A program made the position numbers and the translations under genes. The notes beneath the pieces were generated by a model. That model did not search any database, was not told the DNA's origin, and was given only the letters and a program-made list of their open reading frames with translations. From Setoptus koraiensis (taxonomy: Eukaryota; Animalia; Arthropoda), in NCBI GenBank assembly GCA_048013815.1, contig CM106585.1, positions 16,554,001 to 16,618,000 of the forward strand: 64,000 bases of DNA. Reading direction: 5' to 3'. Shown here one piece after another: positions 36,413 through 47,587 of the stretch; position 1 is the first letter of the stretch, and the number at the start of each line of letters is the position of its first letter.

Positions 36413-36623
36413 CGACAACAGCGACAACAGCGACAACAACGACAGCAGCAACAACAGCGACAGCAACAACAACAGTTACTAATGCCCCCTAACTAGTAAG
36501 TGGCGCCACCGCTCGCTTGCGGAATAACCAGACAGCGTCGCTGTCATGTTGCTTGTGCCATGACAGGGCGACTTGACTATTTCGTCGTCGTCGTTGTTGT
36601 CGCTGTTGTTGTCGCTGTTGTCG
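36413..36623. repeat. Pair of oppositely oriented GAC/AAC/AGC tracts forming a long inverted repeat
   Basis: 36413-36443 matches the reverse complement of 36590-36623 apart from one 3-nt indel. Confidence 0.85.
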
Positions 36624-36786
36624 TTGTCGCTGTTGTTGTCGCTGTTGTCGTTGTCGGCGTTGTCGTCGACATGGTGGACAAAGTTTAATTTTGACAAAAT
36701 TCAGCCAGTTATCAAATCTCTCTAATTGGCGGCTCGCCTGTTTATTCGAGTTGTTTGGCCAGCACAGTTGACCGGCCGTAGCAGGC

Positions 36787-36821
36787 CGGCCGTGGCTAGC
36801 TCGGCGAGCTTGCCACGGCCG
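36787..36821. repeat. GC-rich hairpin, 15 of 16 pairs, 3-nt loop
   Basis: CGGCCGTGGC-T-AGCTC GGC GAGCT-T-GCCACGGCCG. Confidence 0.9.
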
Positions 36822-37179
36822 AGCTTGCCTCGGCGGGCCCCTAATTTCGTTGTGTAATTTCTTTGCTAATTTCGTTGGCGCAATGGGCACTTGATATATG
36901 TTTATCTTGATATATATATTGGCACAATTACAATGGCGCGCAGGGCACACTCTTCTCGGACACTGTCCACGCCGAGCCGAAAATGCGTCAATTAAAAATG
37001 CCACCCGAAACCCACATAGGCCCCCAGAATCTGGTGCAACAACACTGACGCAAGTAACCAGATAGGCCGTTCTCGTATCCGAGTCGGGATATGTTTCCGC
37101 AAATGTACAATGCAACTGGACAGATATATATAATAACGTCATGTCCGATTGTGGATTGTCGGTCTCATCCGTGGGTAGG

Positions 37180-37221
37180 AACCGTTACGGGCAACCGGTC
37201 GTTAGGCGGCCCGTAACGGTT
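37180..37221. repeat. 13-bp perfect inverted repeat, 16-nt loop
   Basis: AACCGTTACGGGC (37180-37192) and GCCCGTAACGGTT (37209-37221). Confidence 0.95.
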
Positions 37222-38424
37222 ATGGTTATGGATTTCCATTTTATAACCGGTCACCGTTTATTCCGATGCGAGCGATCTGTCCTCTTGGGTCGCACATCAC
37301 TGGCGACTCTGTCACATCGGGCCGCTTCAAGCGGATCGGTTGACCGCCGACATCTCTGGGGCCGGCCCCAAACGCGCACTTGTTATCTGCCAAGTTAATC
37401 AATGTTTTTCTTCATTGGGCCCATGTGGCCGCTGATATGGCCGGCTCGGTGTTATAGTTGACAGCGCCGGCGTACAAAGCCCGATAAAGCGGTTAGCTGC
37501 GCACTGGCGGGCCGGCTCGCCGGCCCCATTGGCCCCATTGGCTGGATATTCAGAATAGGCGCGCGAGCGCCAGAGTCTGTGGCACAGCCATTAGCTGCAA
37601 GACGCTCGGGGTGCCCAAGTGGGGCCCGCTGCCGTCTGGCCAAATCCGCTCGGAAATAGATAACATTATCGAGTGGCGCCCATTTTTTGTCTCGCCTACT
37701 GGAGCCATTTGAGCCGTGTTTGCACGCTGCTGGATTGTGTATATCGGCGGGATTGTGCGTGTTGGCGGGATTCGCGAATTGCCACCGTGTTGGGGCCTCG
37801 TCAGGCCCCAACGGGCGGCCGCGCATTGTCAGCGCCGCCCACACACACACGCAGCAATTGTGCGCTGATTTGATTTTCGCCCGCGCTGGCGGGCCCCATT
37901 CCGAGCGGCTCAACACTCAATTCGTAATGCTTAATGCGACAAATAGAGGATAATAATAATGACCGCTCACTTTCGATGGCGCTCATTTCTGATCTCGCCC
38001 GACGATATCATATCGACGGCGCGTTCGTATCGACGGCGCGGCCGTATCGATACCGCACGCGACATGTGGGCCACACGTGCGATATCGCGCATAGCGACTT
38101 TCGCGACCAGTCAGCGATGGGCCAAGCTGCAAAATCGCCCCCGACGATCGGATCGAGCGAACGAAATGAGATCATCTATATTCCGAACACTGGCATTTTG
38201 TGCTGCGTCGGCACAATCGTGCCGGCGGCCCCTTGCGCGGCCCACTCGAGGCTGCTGGCTGGATATTTAATTGGGGCGCTGTTTTGCATTCGCATATTCG
38301 GCCCGACGTGCGCGATTATTGGCTCTGGGTAGTGTGGCGGAAAAGGCGTTGAAACGCATGTCTTTATTTGGGGATTCGGGTGCGCACTAGACGCAAACAG
38401 GGTGCAAACCGTGGCTCAAAGCGC

Positions 38425-38510
38425 CTTTTATTCCGAGTTTCGGACAGTAAGACACGTTTGTCCCGGAATATAAGACATTTCTTTCGGAATAAAAGACAGG
38501 GTTTAAACCC
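38425..38510. repeat. Three about 22-bp-spaced direct repeats with one inverted copy, then a 12-bp palindrome
   Basis: CTTTTATTCCGA (38425-38436) is the reverse complement of TCGGAATAAAAG (38484-38495). CGGA..TAAGAC-like units near 38438, 38461, 38482; GGGTTTAAACCC at 38499-38510. Confidence 0.85.
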
Positions 38511-38614
38511 CTTTTGCGTTAAATACATTTGATGTGCAGGTGTTTGAAACCCAGATTGTCCGAAAGGTGCTAAATGAGTTTTTCCCGCCAACCCTGACAC
38601 AAACTCGTGCCTCG

Positions 38615-38666
38615 TTGACCGTCTGAACGTTGCCGGCGACAGCAGCGGACATTCTCAGACGGTCAA
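38615..38666. repeat. 12-bp perfect inverted repeat, 28-nt spacer
   Basis: TTGACCGTCTGA (38615-38626) and TCAGACGGTCAA (38655-38666), extendable outward by one G-U and two further pairs. Confidence 0.9.
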
Positions 38667-38778
38667 TGATATTCCCGCCTGAATGAGTCAGTCCGGGGCC
38701 CCACGAGGGCCCGACCTGCGCGTGATGGGCAGCGCAAGCCGTGGCCGTACATTGTTGGTGCCCGAGCCAACGAGCAAA

Positions 38779-38804
38779 TGTCAAATGTCAACTGTCAACT
38801 GTCA
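38779..38804. promoter_or_regulatory. Four TGTCA cores at a 7-bp period
   Basis: TGTCA at 38779, 38786, 38793, 38800; regulatory role is inference. Confidence 0.35.
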
Positions 38805-39259
38805 AATTTAAGCTGTCGAATTAGGACTGTTGACTTTTGGCCGCGAAACTCAAACAGACTCACAACTCAAACTGGTGGGTCTCTCAACAAGCTTGTGCGC
38901 GCACCTATTATTGTAAAATGTCCCTCGGAGCCAGCCGGGTTTGTGTTTTTTTTGGGGGGGGGGGGAAGGCAAAGAGAAATGAGCAAAGAGAGAGGGGGGT
39001 CGACCGGTTAATAATGCGAACAACGGCAAATAATTTCTGGTGCCGGATAACGCGTGCCGGTGCGAAAAATAGTCAATCGCACCGGTTGTGCAATTGACTA
39101 AAAATAGGTTCAGCCGAATCGGTTCGCCGGTTAGCGTCAATTGGCTGATATTTGGGGCCCGCTCGCGACAGCGCCGGCCCCAGAGGTGCCCTGCGACTCA
39201 CAGGCTGTGGGGCCGGGCGCCACGCAGCCGAGCTGCGCGATAAAATAAAACTCCATTAA

Positions 39260-39279
39260 CGCGTCTATTAATAGACGCG
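39260..39279. repeat. 20-bp perfect palindrome
   Basis: CGCGTCTATT|AATAGACGCG. Confidence 0.95.
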
Positions 39280-41747
39280 GGCGCCACATCATTCAATTGC
39301 GTCTGGTTAAGTTGATAAGTTGACATCTGATGCTGTTGTTGTCGGCGCTGTTGTCGGCGTTGTTGTCGGCGTTGCTGTCGGCGTTGTTGCTGGCGGTGGC
39401 GCTGTTGGCGGCGCTGCCGGGCCGGCGGCCCGCCGATGCGCTATGCAAACACGTAAATGTTTGCCCAGATTATTAAATTATTATCATCTGCTTATCTACT
39501 TAAGTGGTTGCATAACAGCAACAGCAACAACAACAACACCGACGACAACCGCCATTTACAAGCGCAACATAAGCGCCGTTCAGCGTGACATATCAACATC
39601 ATTGACATGGACACGATTTGATTATTTGGACACACGCAATGGATGAGATGTTAACACAGTTATCAATTCAGCCGGCATGACAGCTCGCCGCGACAACACT
39701 TTCGGGCCGCTTGCTCGGGACCCGTCGGGCTCCCCTTTGGCGCCGCTGTCTACAGACACACAATAACGCCGGCACACAAGCGCCGGATCATGTGTCACAT
39801 TGGCGAGTGCCATTCGGCCAGCCAACAACCCGGATTGCTAACCCGTTAACTGCTCGCGCGCTCATTAGTGCGCCGATTTATTCGGGGGCCCCTCTCGAAG
39901 CGCCGAGCGCCTCTGTGACAGAGTCTCTGAATGAAATTTGTAATGCGCCACAACACACATAATAGAAATCCGGGGGACAGAGGGCGCTGGGGCCCGCAAC
40001 ATGCAAAGTAAATAAAATAAACATTCTCGTCGTCGCGTGTAATGTGCGATCGCGTGTCGCAGCGGTGAACGAAATTCGCTCGCCAAGTTGCTCAGCAAAT
40101 CACGGCCCGCGCCGAGCCGTCCGACTTTTGCGAACAAATGGCGTGGGCGACGCGCCCGCCAACGGACAAAAAATCGGCCCGTCGGCCGGCCTGTGGGTGT
40201 GACTGCGGCGGCGGCAGCGGCGCAAGATTAAGTCGCCCGACCGCGGCGCAAGATCAAGTCGCCCGACCGCTCTCGGGCATAGATGGATGTCGGGCGGTCA
40301 CAAATAGACAGCGGCACCGTTTCGAAATGGACACACCGGTGGCAGCCATTTGAAAATGATGCCAATAAACGGCAACGCAGGGCCAATGTGACTCACATTA
40401 TGTGAAGGCGATCGCTGCCGGCCCGACCGGCCACTGAACCGGGCCCGCCAATTGGGCCAGTGCGCCCGGCGCGCCGGGCGCAACGGACCGAGCAAGATCG
40501 GCCCGACAGATAGAATGGCAGCGATCGAGGCGGGAATCGAGGCCAGAGACAATGTTTCTTGGCGGCGCCGATTCGCTTGAATTGCTCCGGCGGCAATACT
40601 TAAGTAGTAATACTAAACGCTTGATGGCAAGCGTTACCTAATAATATAATATGACGGCTTGGCTCAAATTCAGCCTGGCCCCACCGGAACGCAGCGGGCG
40701 CCAATTGTCTGGCTCGTTTTGTTTGCCTTTCGCGGGCGCTCGCTCGTTAGTTTGGGCGCTCGGGCAAGTTTGCGCACCTTGGCCCGACGGGCTGGCTGGC
40801 GGCGGGCCGACCGAGCAGCGGCCGACCGAGCGGCGGCGGTTGGGGGGGGGGGTGCTCGCAGCGGAGTGGCTGCCGGAATGAATTGCTCGCCGGTGTTGTT
40901 TTATCTAATCGTGCATGCGAAAAAACAAATACAACAACGCAGATAAAAACAAATTTCTTCTCGGCATGACTGGGCGCCCCCCCCCCACCCCCGAAAACAA
41001 CTCGCCCGCTAACCGTTATTACCGTGAGCCGCGATTACATAACATTGCCGCGTAACGATCATTTTGACACGTTCGCTAACCTCAAAACACGGCGTAACTC
41101 TCGCGCCAGCTATCATCGTCTATTGGCTCGAGCCATCAATCGCGCCGCCCGCCAGCCTCTGCCTCGGCATATCAAGCTATATATATCCAGCTATGCACAT
41201 ATCCAGATAAAAATATCTGGGGCCCCGCTGGCCCGTGCAGCTCGTAAATGGCTGCATACGCATGAACTCGAAGCGATGCGACGCGATGGGGGGGGGGCGC
41301 TAGATGAAGTTGGCAGCGCGAATTGGCCGACTTAATGCTCTCCCGTCTGGCCGAAACCATGACAAGGGTTGCAATTTTTCACACTTGATCTAACCTGCAT
41401 CGCGCTCGCCAGACACAAATAGAATTACCACCCAATTTGGCCTCCCGTTGGCTGGTGGCCCCGCCTGCAACTCGCCACTTGGGCCGCGGCACACTCATGA
41501 CTCAAGAGAGAGTCTTGGGGTGCCTCTCCGACTTGAGGCGCCGCAAACGGTCCGTCCGGTGTCCGGGTGTCCGAGTCCCGAGCGCCCGCGAGTTGGCAAC
41601 GGTCCGACGAGAGTCCCACAGGCCGAGCGAGCAACCGTGTCCTTGACCCGCGCGCCGCCGGCCGCCCGATCCGACGCTCATAATCAAGTTAGCGCCTGAT
41701 TCCGCGCGCCTCACCTGGCGGGCCCGCCAGAGCCGAGCCCGCCACCG

Positions 41748-41868
41748 CAACGACAAGCCAACAACAAGCCAACAACAAGTCAACAACAAGCCAACAACAA
41801 GCCAACAACAAACGCAACAACGAGCGCAACAACAAGCCAACAACGAGCGCAACAACGAGCGCAACAAC
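41748..41868 (+). repeat. 11-bp minisatellite (CAACAACAAGC-like)
   Basis: Direct reading; drifts to CAACAACGAGCG units at the 3' end. Confidence 0.9.
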
Positions 41869-43086
41869 ATTGTGTTTGTGCGGGCCGCTGCGAGCCGGAA
41901 TTAATTCACTCTTGCAGTGCGCGGCCCCCACTGGGGCGCTCGCTCTTGTCAGCCACGGGGCCCCGGCGCCCCTGGTGGCAAACAACAGCTTAATTGTAAC
42001 AAACTCGCCAGCCTTCAACTTGAACTTGCGAACGCCGCAGCCCGGGGGCCACAGCTCGTGCACGCGCGCCCTCAAGTTGGCCCCCGTCGGCGGCGCCGGC
42101 CAAGCGGCCACTCGAATTATACAAAACAATTGTGCGTTCAACAAAACAATTTCACAACTCGCCTATCTCTGCATCTCTGCTCATGGGCGCCCTCTGCAAT
42201 TTTTCGGCCGGCCATTGGGAGTTTTCTGTTCACATTTTCGCATTGGCAGTTATCTGTTCGCACATTTCGTGCGCCCCAGCCAGGTTTTGATTCAAAAGTT
42301 GCGAAACTGGCAGCCTGTCGGCACTGAAAAGGCGCCCCAATTGTCGCGGGTCCCCGCCGAAGGGGCCCCCAAATATGAAATGCACTTGCAATAACAACAT
42401 GACACACACACTGAGTGTTGCCGAGGCGTCAAGGCGAGGATTAGCGGCCAGCTACACGGAGATTATTGGGCGCGCATTCCGGCGAGCGGCGACAATCAAG
42501 ATGAATCGTTGGCTGGCGAGATGGAGCGCCGATTACGTTTTATCTGGCAGTCGTCAGCCCGCGCCAGCTACCCGCGAGCGACCGGCCAGCAAGTCAGTGG
42601 CGCCAGTTGGCGGCGGTGGGCGCCCCGGTGCTGACGAATTCAACAGCCGGGTCGCGGCGGCGGCGCGCGGCGCGCGGGCGGGCGGGACGAGCGGCGCACG
42701 GGGGCGCAAGTCGCAGATTATCCAAGTGAGCGAGATGGAGAGATTTGGGGCCGCCAGCGCCGCACAGACACATAACATAACTTGATCGATGTTGCCACTT
42801 GCCAACTGGAGCTTGATGCGAGCCGCGCAATCAGCCAGTGGTTATCCGTGCGACCATGAGCGTGTCGTTGTTTGTTTGCTCGGGCCCCGGCGGCCAGCGG
42901 GCGCCTAACTCGCTCAGCCCGCCGCCGACGACGACGACGACTTTGACAACTATTTCGGGACGCTCGATGCGGATCGCCGGCGCCGACAGATGGATCGAGT
43001 TTGATCTCTCGTGGGCGCCCTTGGCCGCTTCGCTCAGCAAAGTTCGCTGGCTCGGGAGCGCCCCCCCCCCCGCACGCCATTATATA

Positions 43087-43146
43087 ACCCGTTACACAAC
43101 GGGTATTGTGTGACGGGTATTATGTGACGCGGCGGGTTGTGTGACG
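43087..43146. repeat. About 14-bp degenerate tandem repeat preceded by an inverted copy
   Basis: ACCCGTTACACA (43087-43098) versus TGTGTGACGGGT (43107-43118), one mismatch; further TGTGACG units follow. Confidence 0.8.
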
Positions 43147-45574
43147 CGCGGCCAGGCCCGCGCTATAACTGGGGCGCAGCGATTATATGAGTGAGTGTCA
43201 GCGATATTGTGCGAGCTGGCTGCTATCACTGACACACTGAATTGGCGCCGATCGTGAGGCAATTGTCAGAAATGGATGCTTTTAACTTGCGCGTCGCCCG
43301 GCTGGCGGCGGCGCCCAACTCGGCGGCGGCGGCCTAAGTGTTTCTTGGCGCGGATTCTTGTCACTATAAAGTGACAATTTTCCCCCGCTCGCCCGCTCCG
43401 CAGCTGGCGCGCCGACTGAGCTGGCGCCCGGCGGGCCCCTGTCGGCCCCAATCGGCCCACAGCGGCCTCGGCAATGGAGAGCGGCTAGGCAAACAGACGG
43501 GCGGCGGGCGCGTGTCGCGCCGCAGCAGCGGCCGGGCCAAGTCGCGAACGGCCCTATGCGCACTCGAGTCTCCGCACTCGAGTATCCGCAAGCGAGCGCT
43601 CACAAGCAAGCGCTCACAAGTGAGTCTCCGCAAGTGGGGCCTCACGAGCGAGCGGGCCCCGCGACACAATGGCGCGCCCATTGTGTGCAAATCGCACACA
43701 TTGGGCGCGCTGGGGTGTCCGCCGATCGGAATCGATCAGATCGCTCGATTGATGGGCTCGCTGGCGCTGGCAGGCGCCCGACAAGCGGATAGACACAATT
43801 TACAATTGAAGTGAAAAGAGCCTCACAACGCGCTGCGAGTCACAAGTGGGCGAAATTCGAGCGACGATCGGGCCACGATAACACGCCAGAACATCTGGCT
43901 AAATTGTGAATGTGTGTTCAAGGCGCTTGTTGTCGTCTTAAATTGTCTTATTGTGAGGCGCCGCGAGGGCGCCATCGCAGCGCCATCGCAGCGTCACAGC
44001 GCGCGCCTCGCACGGATCGCCTTCCGTTTCGCTGGCGGCCCCAGTTTGAATATTGGCCCAGTTTCGCCGGCCAGATTGCATAAATCTTCCAGATGTCGCT
44101 TGTCTATTTGTCGCTCGGCTCGATAAATAGACAACTTTAAACTCATTTCGGGCTGGCTGGCGGGCGCGCGCCATTTGTCTCTTTGTGGGGCCGCTGACTT
44201 GCTGGCCGGCGGGCCGGCGCGCGCGGGCTGGCAATCGGGCCAGCGCCGGGGCCCGCCGTCCGTCGCCAATCCGGCGCCGCGATTGTGTGCGACGAGTTGT
44301 CGTGTAGTTTGCTCCAGTTTACACGCTTGTTTGTGTTCACACCAAGCTGCTGCCCGCCGACACGGACGAGCGACACGGGCGACGCGGGCAACGCGGGCGA
44401 CACAAGCGATTGGCGACAATCTCGACGGCGCGCGTACAACAACGGCGCGCACAACGGATCGGCCCAGAATAGATAGAAAAAAGAACAACAATGCGACACC
44501 ATAATGGATATTTATGGATTTATCTTTCTTCAATATATCGGGCATCGATAGATTTGCGAGCGAGCATTTATTTATTATTTGCCATAACTGCGCTCTCTCT
44601 CGCTCTCAAACCAACGGGCAACTGCAACAACGGGCAAAGTGGGCCCCTCTCCAGTGGCGCCCCCGCGTCGCCCGTTGCCCGCAATGGCGAAACAATTCAT
44701 TTTGGGCGCCAGCCAACAACAGCCAGAGTCAGCCAGTAAGAGAGAGAGAGAGAATATTGGAAAAATCAAAATTGTGCGCGCAGCCCCACAGATGAGCTGC
44801 GGCCGCCGGCTCGTGCCGAGAAGTGGGGCCCTCTCCATGCTCCACGAGTGTGTAGCACCTCGACTCGAGCGAGGGGCCCCACGACGCGAGACAGGGGCCC
44901 CAATATCGGCTGGCGACCTGGCTGGGCGCGCAAGTTTAGGGCGACTTGCGATTCGAGCAGCTAACAATACATTTATGGGCGCCCGCCCGTACGGGTGCAA
45001 ACTGATGAATTTTGTCACTCGATCACATTTACAGCCAATGGCACCTGTCATCTTGTATCATGTTGTCAGAGTGCATTATTTGAATTGCTTACGCTTCATT
45101 GCAACCGGCGCTCTTGCCCTTTTTAAACTCGAGGGGGGTCGCTCCTTCGGATGCCAGCCGGGCTCTCGGTATTTTGTTCGGGTGCCGCCTGGCACCCGAA
45201 CAAAATGCGCCAATTGGCCGCGCACAAGCGATCCACAACTGATCCACCCGTCGCCGGCCCGATCAGTGACGGTGCCGATGAGAGCCAGCCGGCCGGCTGG
45301 GCCGCCTCCGAACCCGCTACCAAGGTGCTCAGTGTTGTGCCGCTTGTGCCCCGGCTCCGTGTCCGTATCCGCGCCGCGCTGCCCGTCACTGGCGCGCCTC
45401 GCTGCCCGTCACTGGCGCGCACTGCCGACCGTATCAGGGTCTGGTAGTGCCGTATCAGGTGCGGCTGGCGCCTCGATCGTGGTCAGTCGCGCCCGCGACG
45501 ATATGACGATATTCACGATACCGCGCAGCTCGCAATCACAGCCAGTTGTAAGCGACACACACACACACACGAGT

Positions 45575-45687
45575 TGACATACTGCCACTTGTCAGTGGGC
45601 CGCAATCAGCTGACAATTGTCAACTGTCAGCTGTCGACTGACAGCTGCCAACTGGCACCTGTCAGTGGCGACAGTGGCCCACTGACA
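45575..45687. promoter_or_regulatory. Homotypic cluster of eight TGACA/TGTCA cores with CAGCTG E-boxes (candidate enhancer)
   Basis: Cores at 45575, 45590, 45611, 45618, 45625, 45639, 45660, 45683; TGACAATTGTCA is a 12-bp palindrome. Confidence 0.45.
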
Positions 45688-46816
45688 GTGGCGCCGCTTG
45701 GCAGCGTGCTGTTCAAACAAGCAAAATCTTTTAATTTATTAATACGGCCACAGGGGCGCTGGCGAGCACACAACATGATAATAACGCTCGCCGACATGAA
45801 TGGAATCGCTGGCCCGATCATTGTAAACAACAACGACGACAACAACAACAACAACAACGGCGACAACAACAACGAGTCACCTCCGCTGTCGGCCGGCCAG
45901 ATAAGCAAATGGCCTCAATCAATGGCAGTCGGCGTGCGTGTGTGTGTCTGTGGCAGATTGCGGTCACCGTGCGCGGGCCCCATTCATTAAATTAGTGCGC
46001 TTGGCCAGTTTCAATGGTCATGGGGACCGGCGCCGACAACAGCAACGACAGACGCGACGACAGCGCCGACACACAAACCCGCGGACGGATAAGCGGAAAG
46101 TTGCATTGTCGTCGTAATATGTCATGACAGCCAACACATATCAGCTGACACGGCTTGTGCGGCGCGGTTATCAGGTCAGCCCGCCAGCGAGGGGCCCCGC
46201 GTCACACAGACGGCCGAGCGGGGCCCGTTGTGCAGCCGCATAGGCTAACTGGTAGAGCTGACTGGTAAAGCTGACTGGCCCAACGGGCTCAGACGGGGCC
46301 AATCTAGATCGAGGCGCCCCTTTCGGCGGCCAGCGCCAGCGTGAGCAACGGTAGCCGGCCCGATGGCCGATAGAGTCAGTTACGTAAGTGAAGTTGGTAG
46401 TTGGTGGACAGACAGATAAGAGCCCACCAACCGGCGTGAGCGAGTCGAAATGAATGCGACGGCAACAACGGCGCCCCCACAGGCGAGCGCAAAAAAGTCG
46501 ACGAAGTAAGTCGAGTGGGCCCACCACAAGAGCAAATAACAATAAAATAAATAATAAATAAATAAATGTCGTCGCTCTTCCATCATCGGGCTATCCCTCT
46601 ATCTCTTTATTGTCGTTGGGGGCCGGGCCGGGCCGGCCGTCGCTCGCGAGTGCCGCACTCGGGGTGCGTAGCGAGCTGGCCGGCCACATTACCCAAACCA
46701 ATATATCTCGTCCGCGCGGGCCTGCGGGTCGCCAGCGCACCCAAACCGCACCACAGCAGGCCCGCGGGCCCGCCAGCGGATCCGCGGCCGGCAATTAGCA
46801 CATTGCGCACACTGTT

Positions 46817-46866
46817 CAGCTATACACTGTTATAGCTGTGCACTGTTATAGCTGTGCACTGTTATG
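46817..46866. repeat. 16-bp tandem repeat (about 2.6 copies) preceded by an inverted partial copy
   Basis: CACTGTTATAGCTGTG units from 46825; CAGCTATA (46817-46824) is the reverse complement of TATAGCTG. Confidence 0.85.
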
Positions 46867-47587
46867 GCCACATACTGGTTAGTCCGCGTCCGGCCGGGCC
46901 GGATTGCCTAGACGCGCACTCTACAACCGCTCGGGCTTCGAGGCATCGAACGCGCCAGGCAGCACCCGCGACAGCGCAACTTCGACCAGTATGGGGCCCG
47001 TTTGGCGGCGCATGTGCCTGTCGGCGCCCCTGGCGACAGGCATGCAAACAAGTGCGGTCCCGAGCGCGCCTGCCAGTGTCCACTGGACACTGTTCAGCGC
47101 CGGTCAGTGTCCAGCGCCGGCTGCCCGACAGACTGTTGGCGAAAGTGTGCGCCAATGTCCCAAAATTGGTCGCCAGTTTCGGACATATTCGCCTCCGCAG
47201 CGTGTCAGCTGATCGCTTTGTCGCGTTGCGGTGGATAATAATCATAACTGTATCGCCCGATCGAGCCGCGGCGCTAAATTTTGAGTTAGCTGGCTCAAGT
47301 GGATCGTTGGTTGCAATTGCAATCTAACCAACAACGACTAGCGGCCAGGCCCGATATCGCACCCCTTTGTCGCCCGGCGCGAGTCCGACACACATACACA
47401 CCGATCAGCGAAATGCGTTTAGCGGTATTTTATACCTCGTCCCGTGCGCGCGCGTTATTGTTGTCGCTGGGAGTCGTTTGTGGGCGCTGTCGTTGGGGCC
47501 GGCGCGGGAGCCGTGCTCAGCGGCAGCAACGGCGGCGAAAAATGCGAGCGAGTCGCCTTTGTTTGAGCTCACTCGTGGCTCAATTTA

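Noticed and set aside
40632-40660. Second AG|GT junction on the minus strand (TATTATTAG|GTAACG)
   Set aside because: Weak donor, no real pyrimidine tract and only a short AG-free zone.
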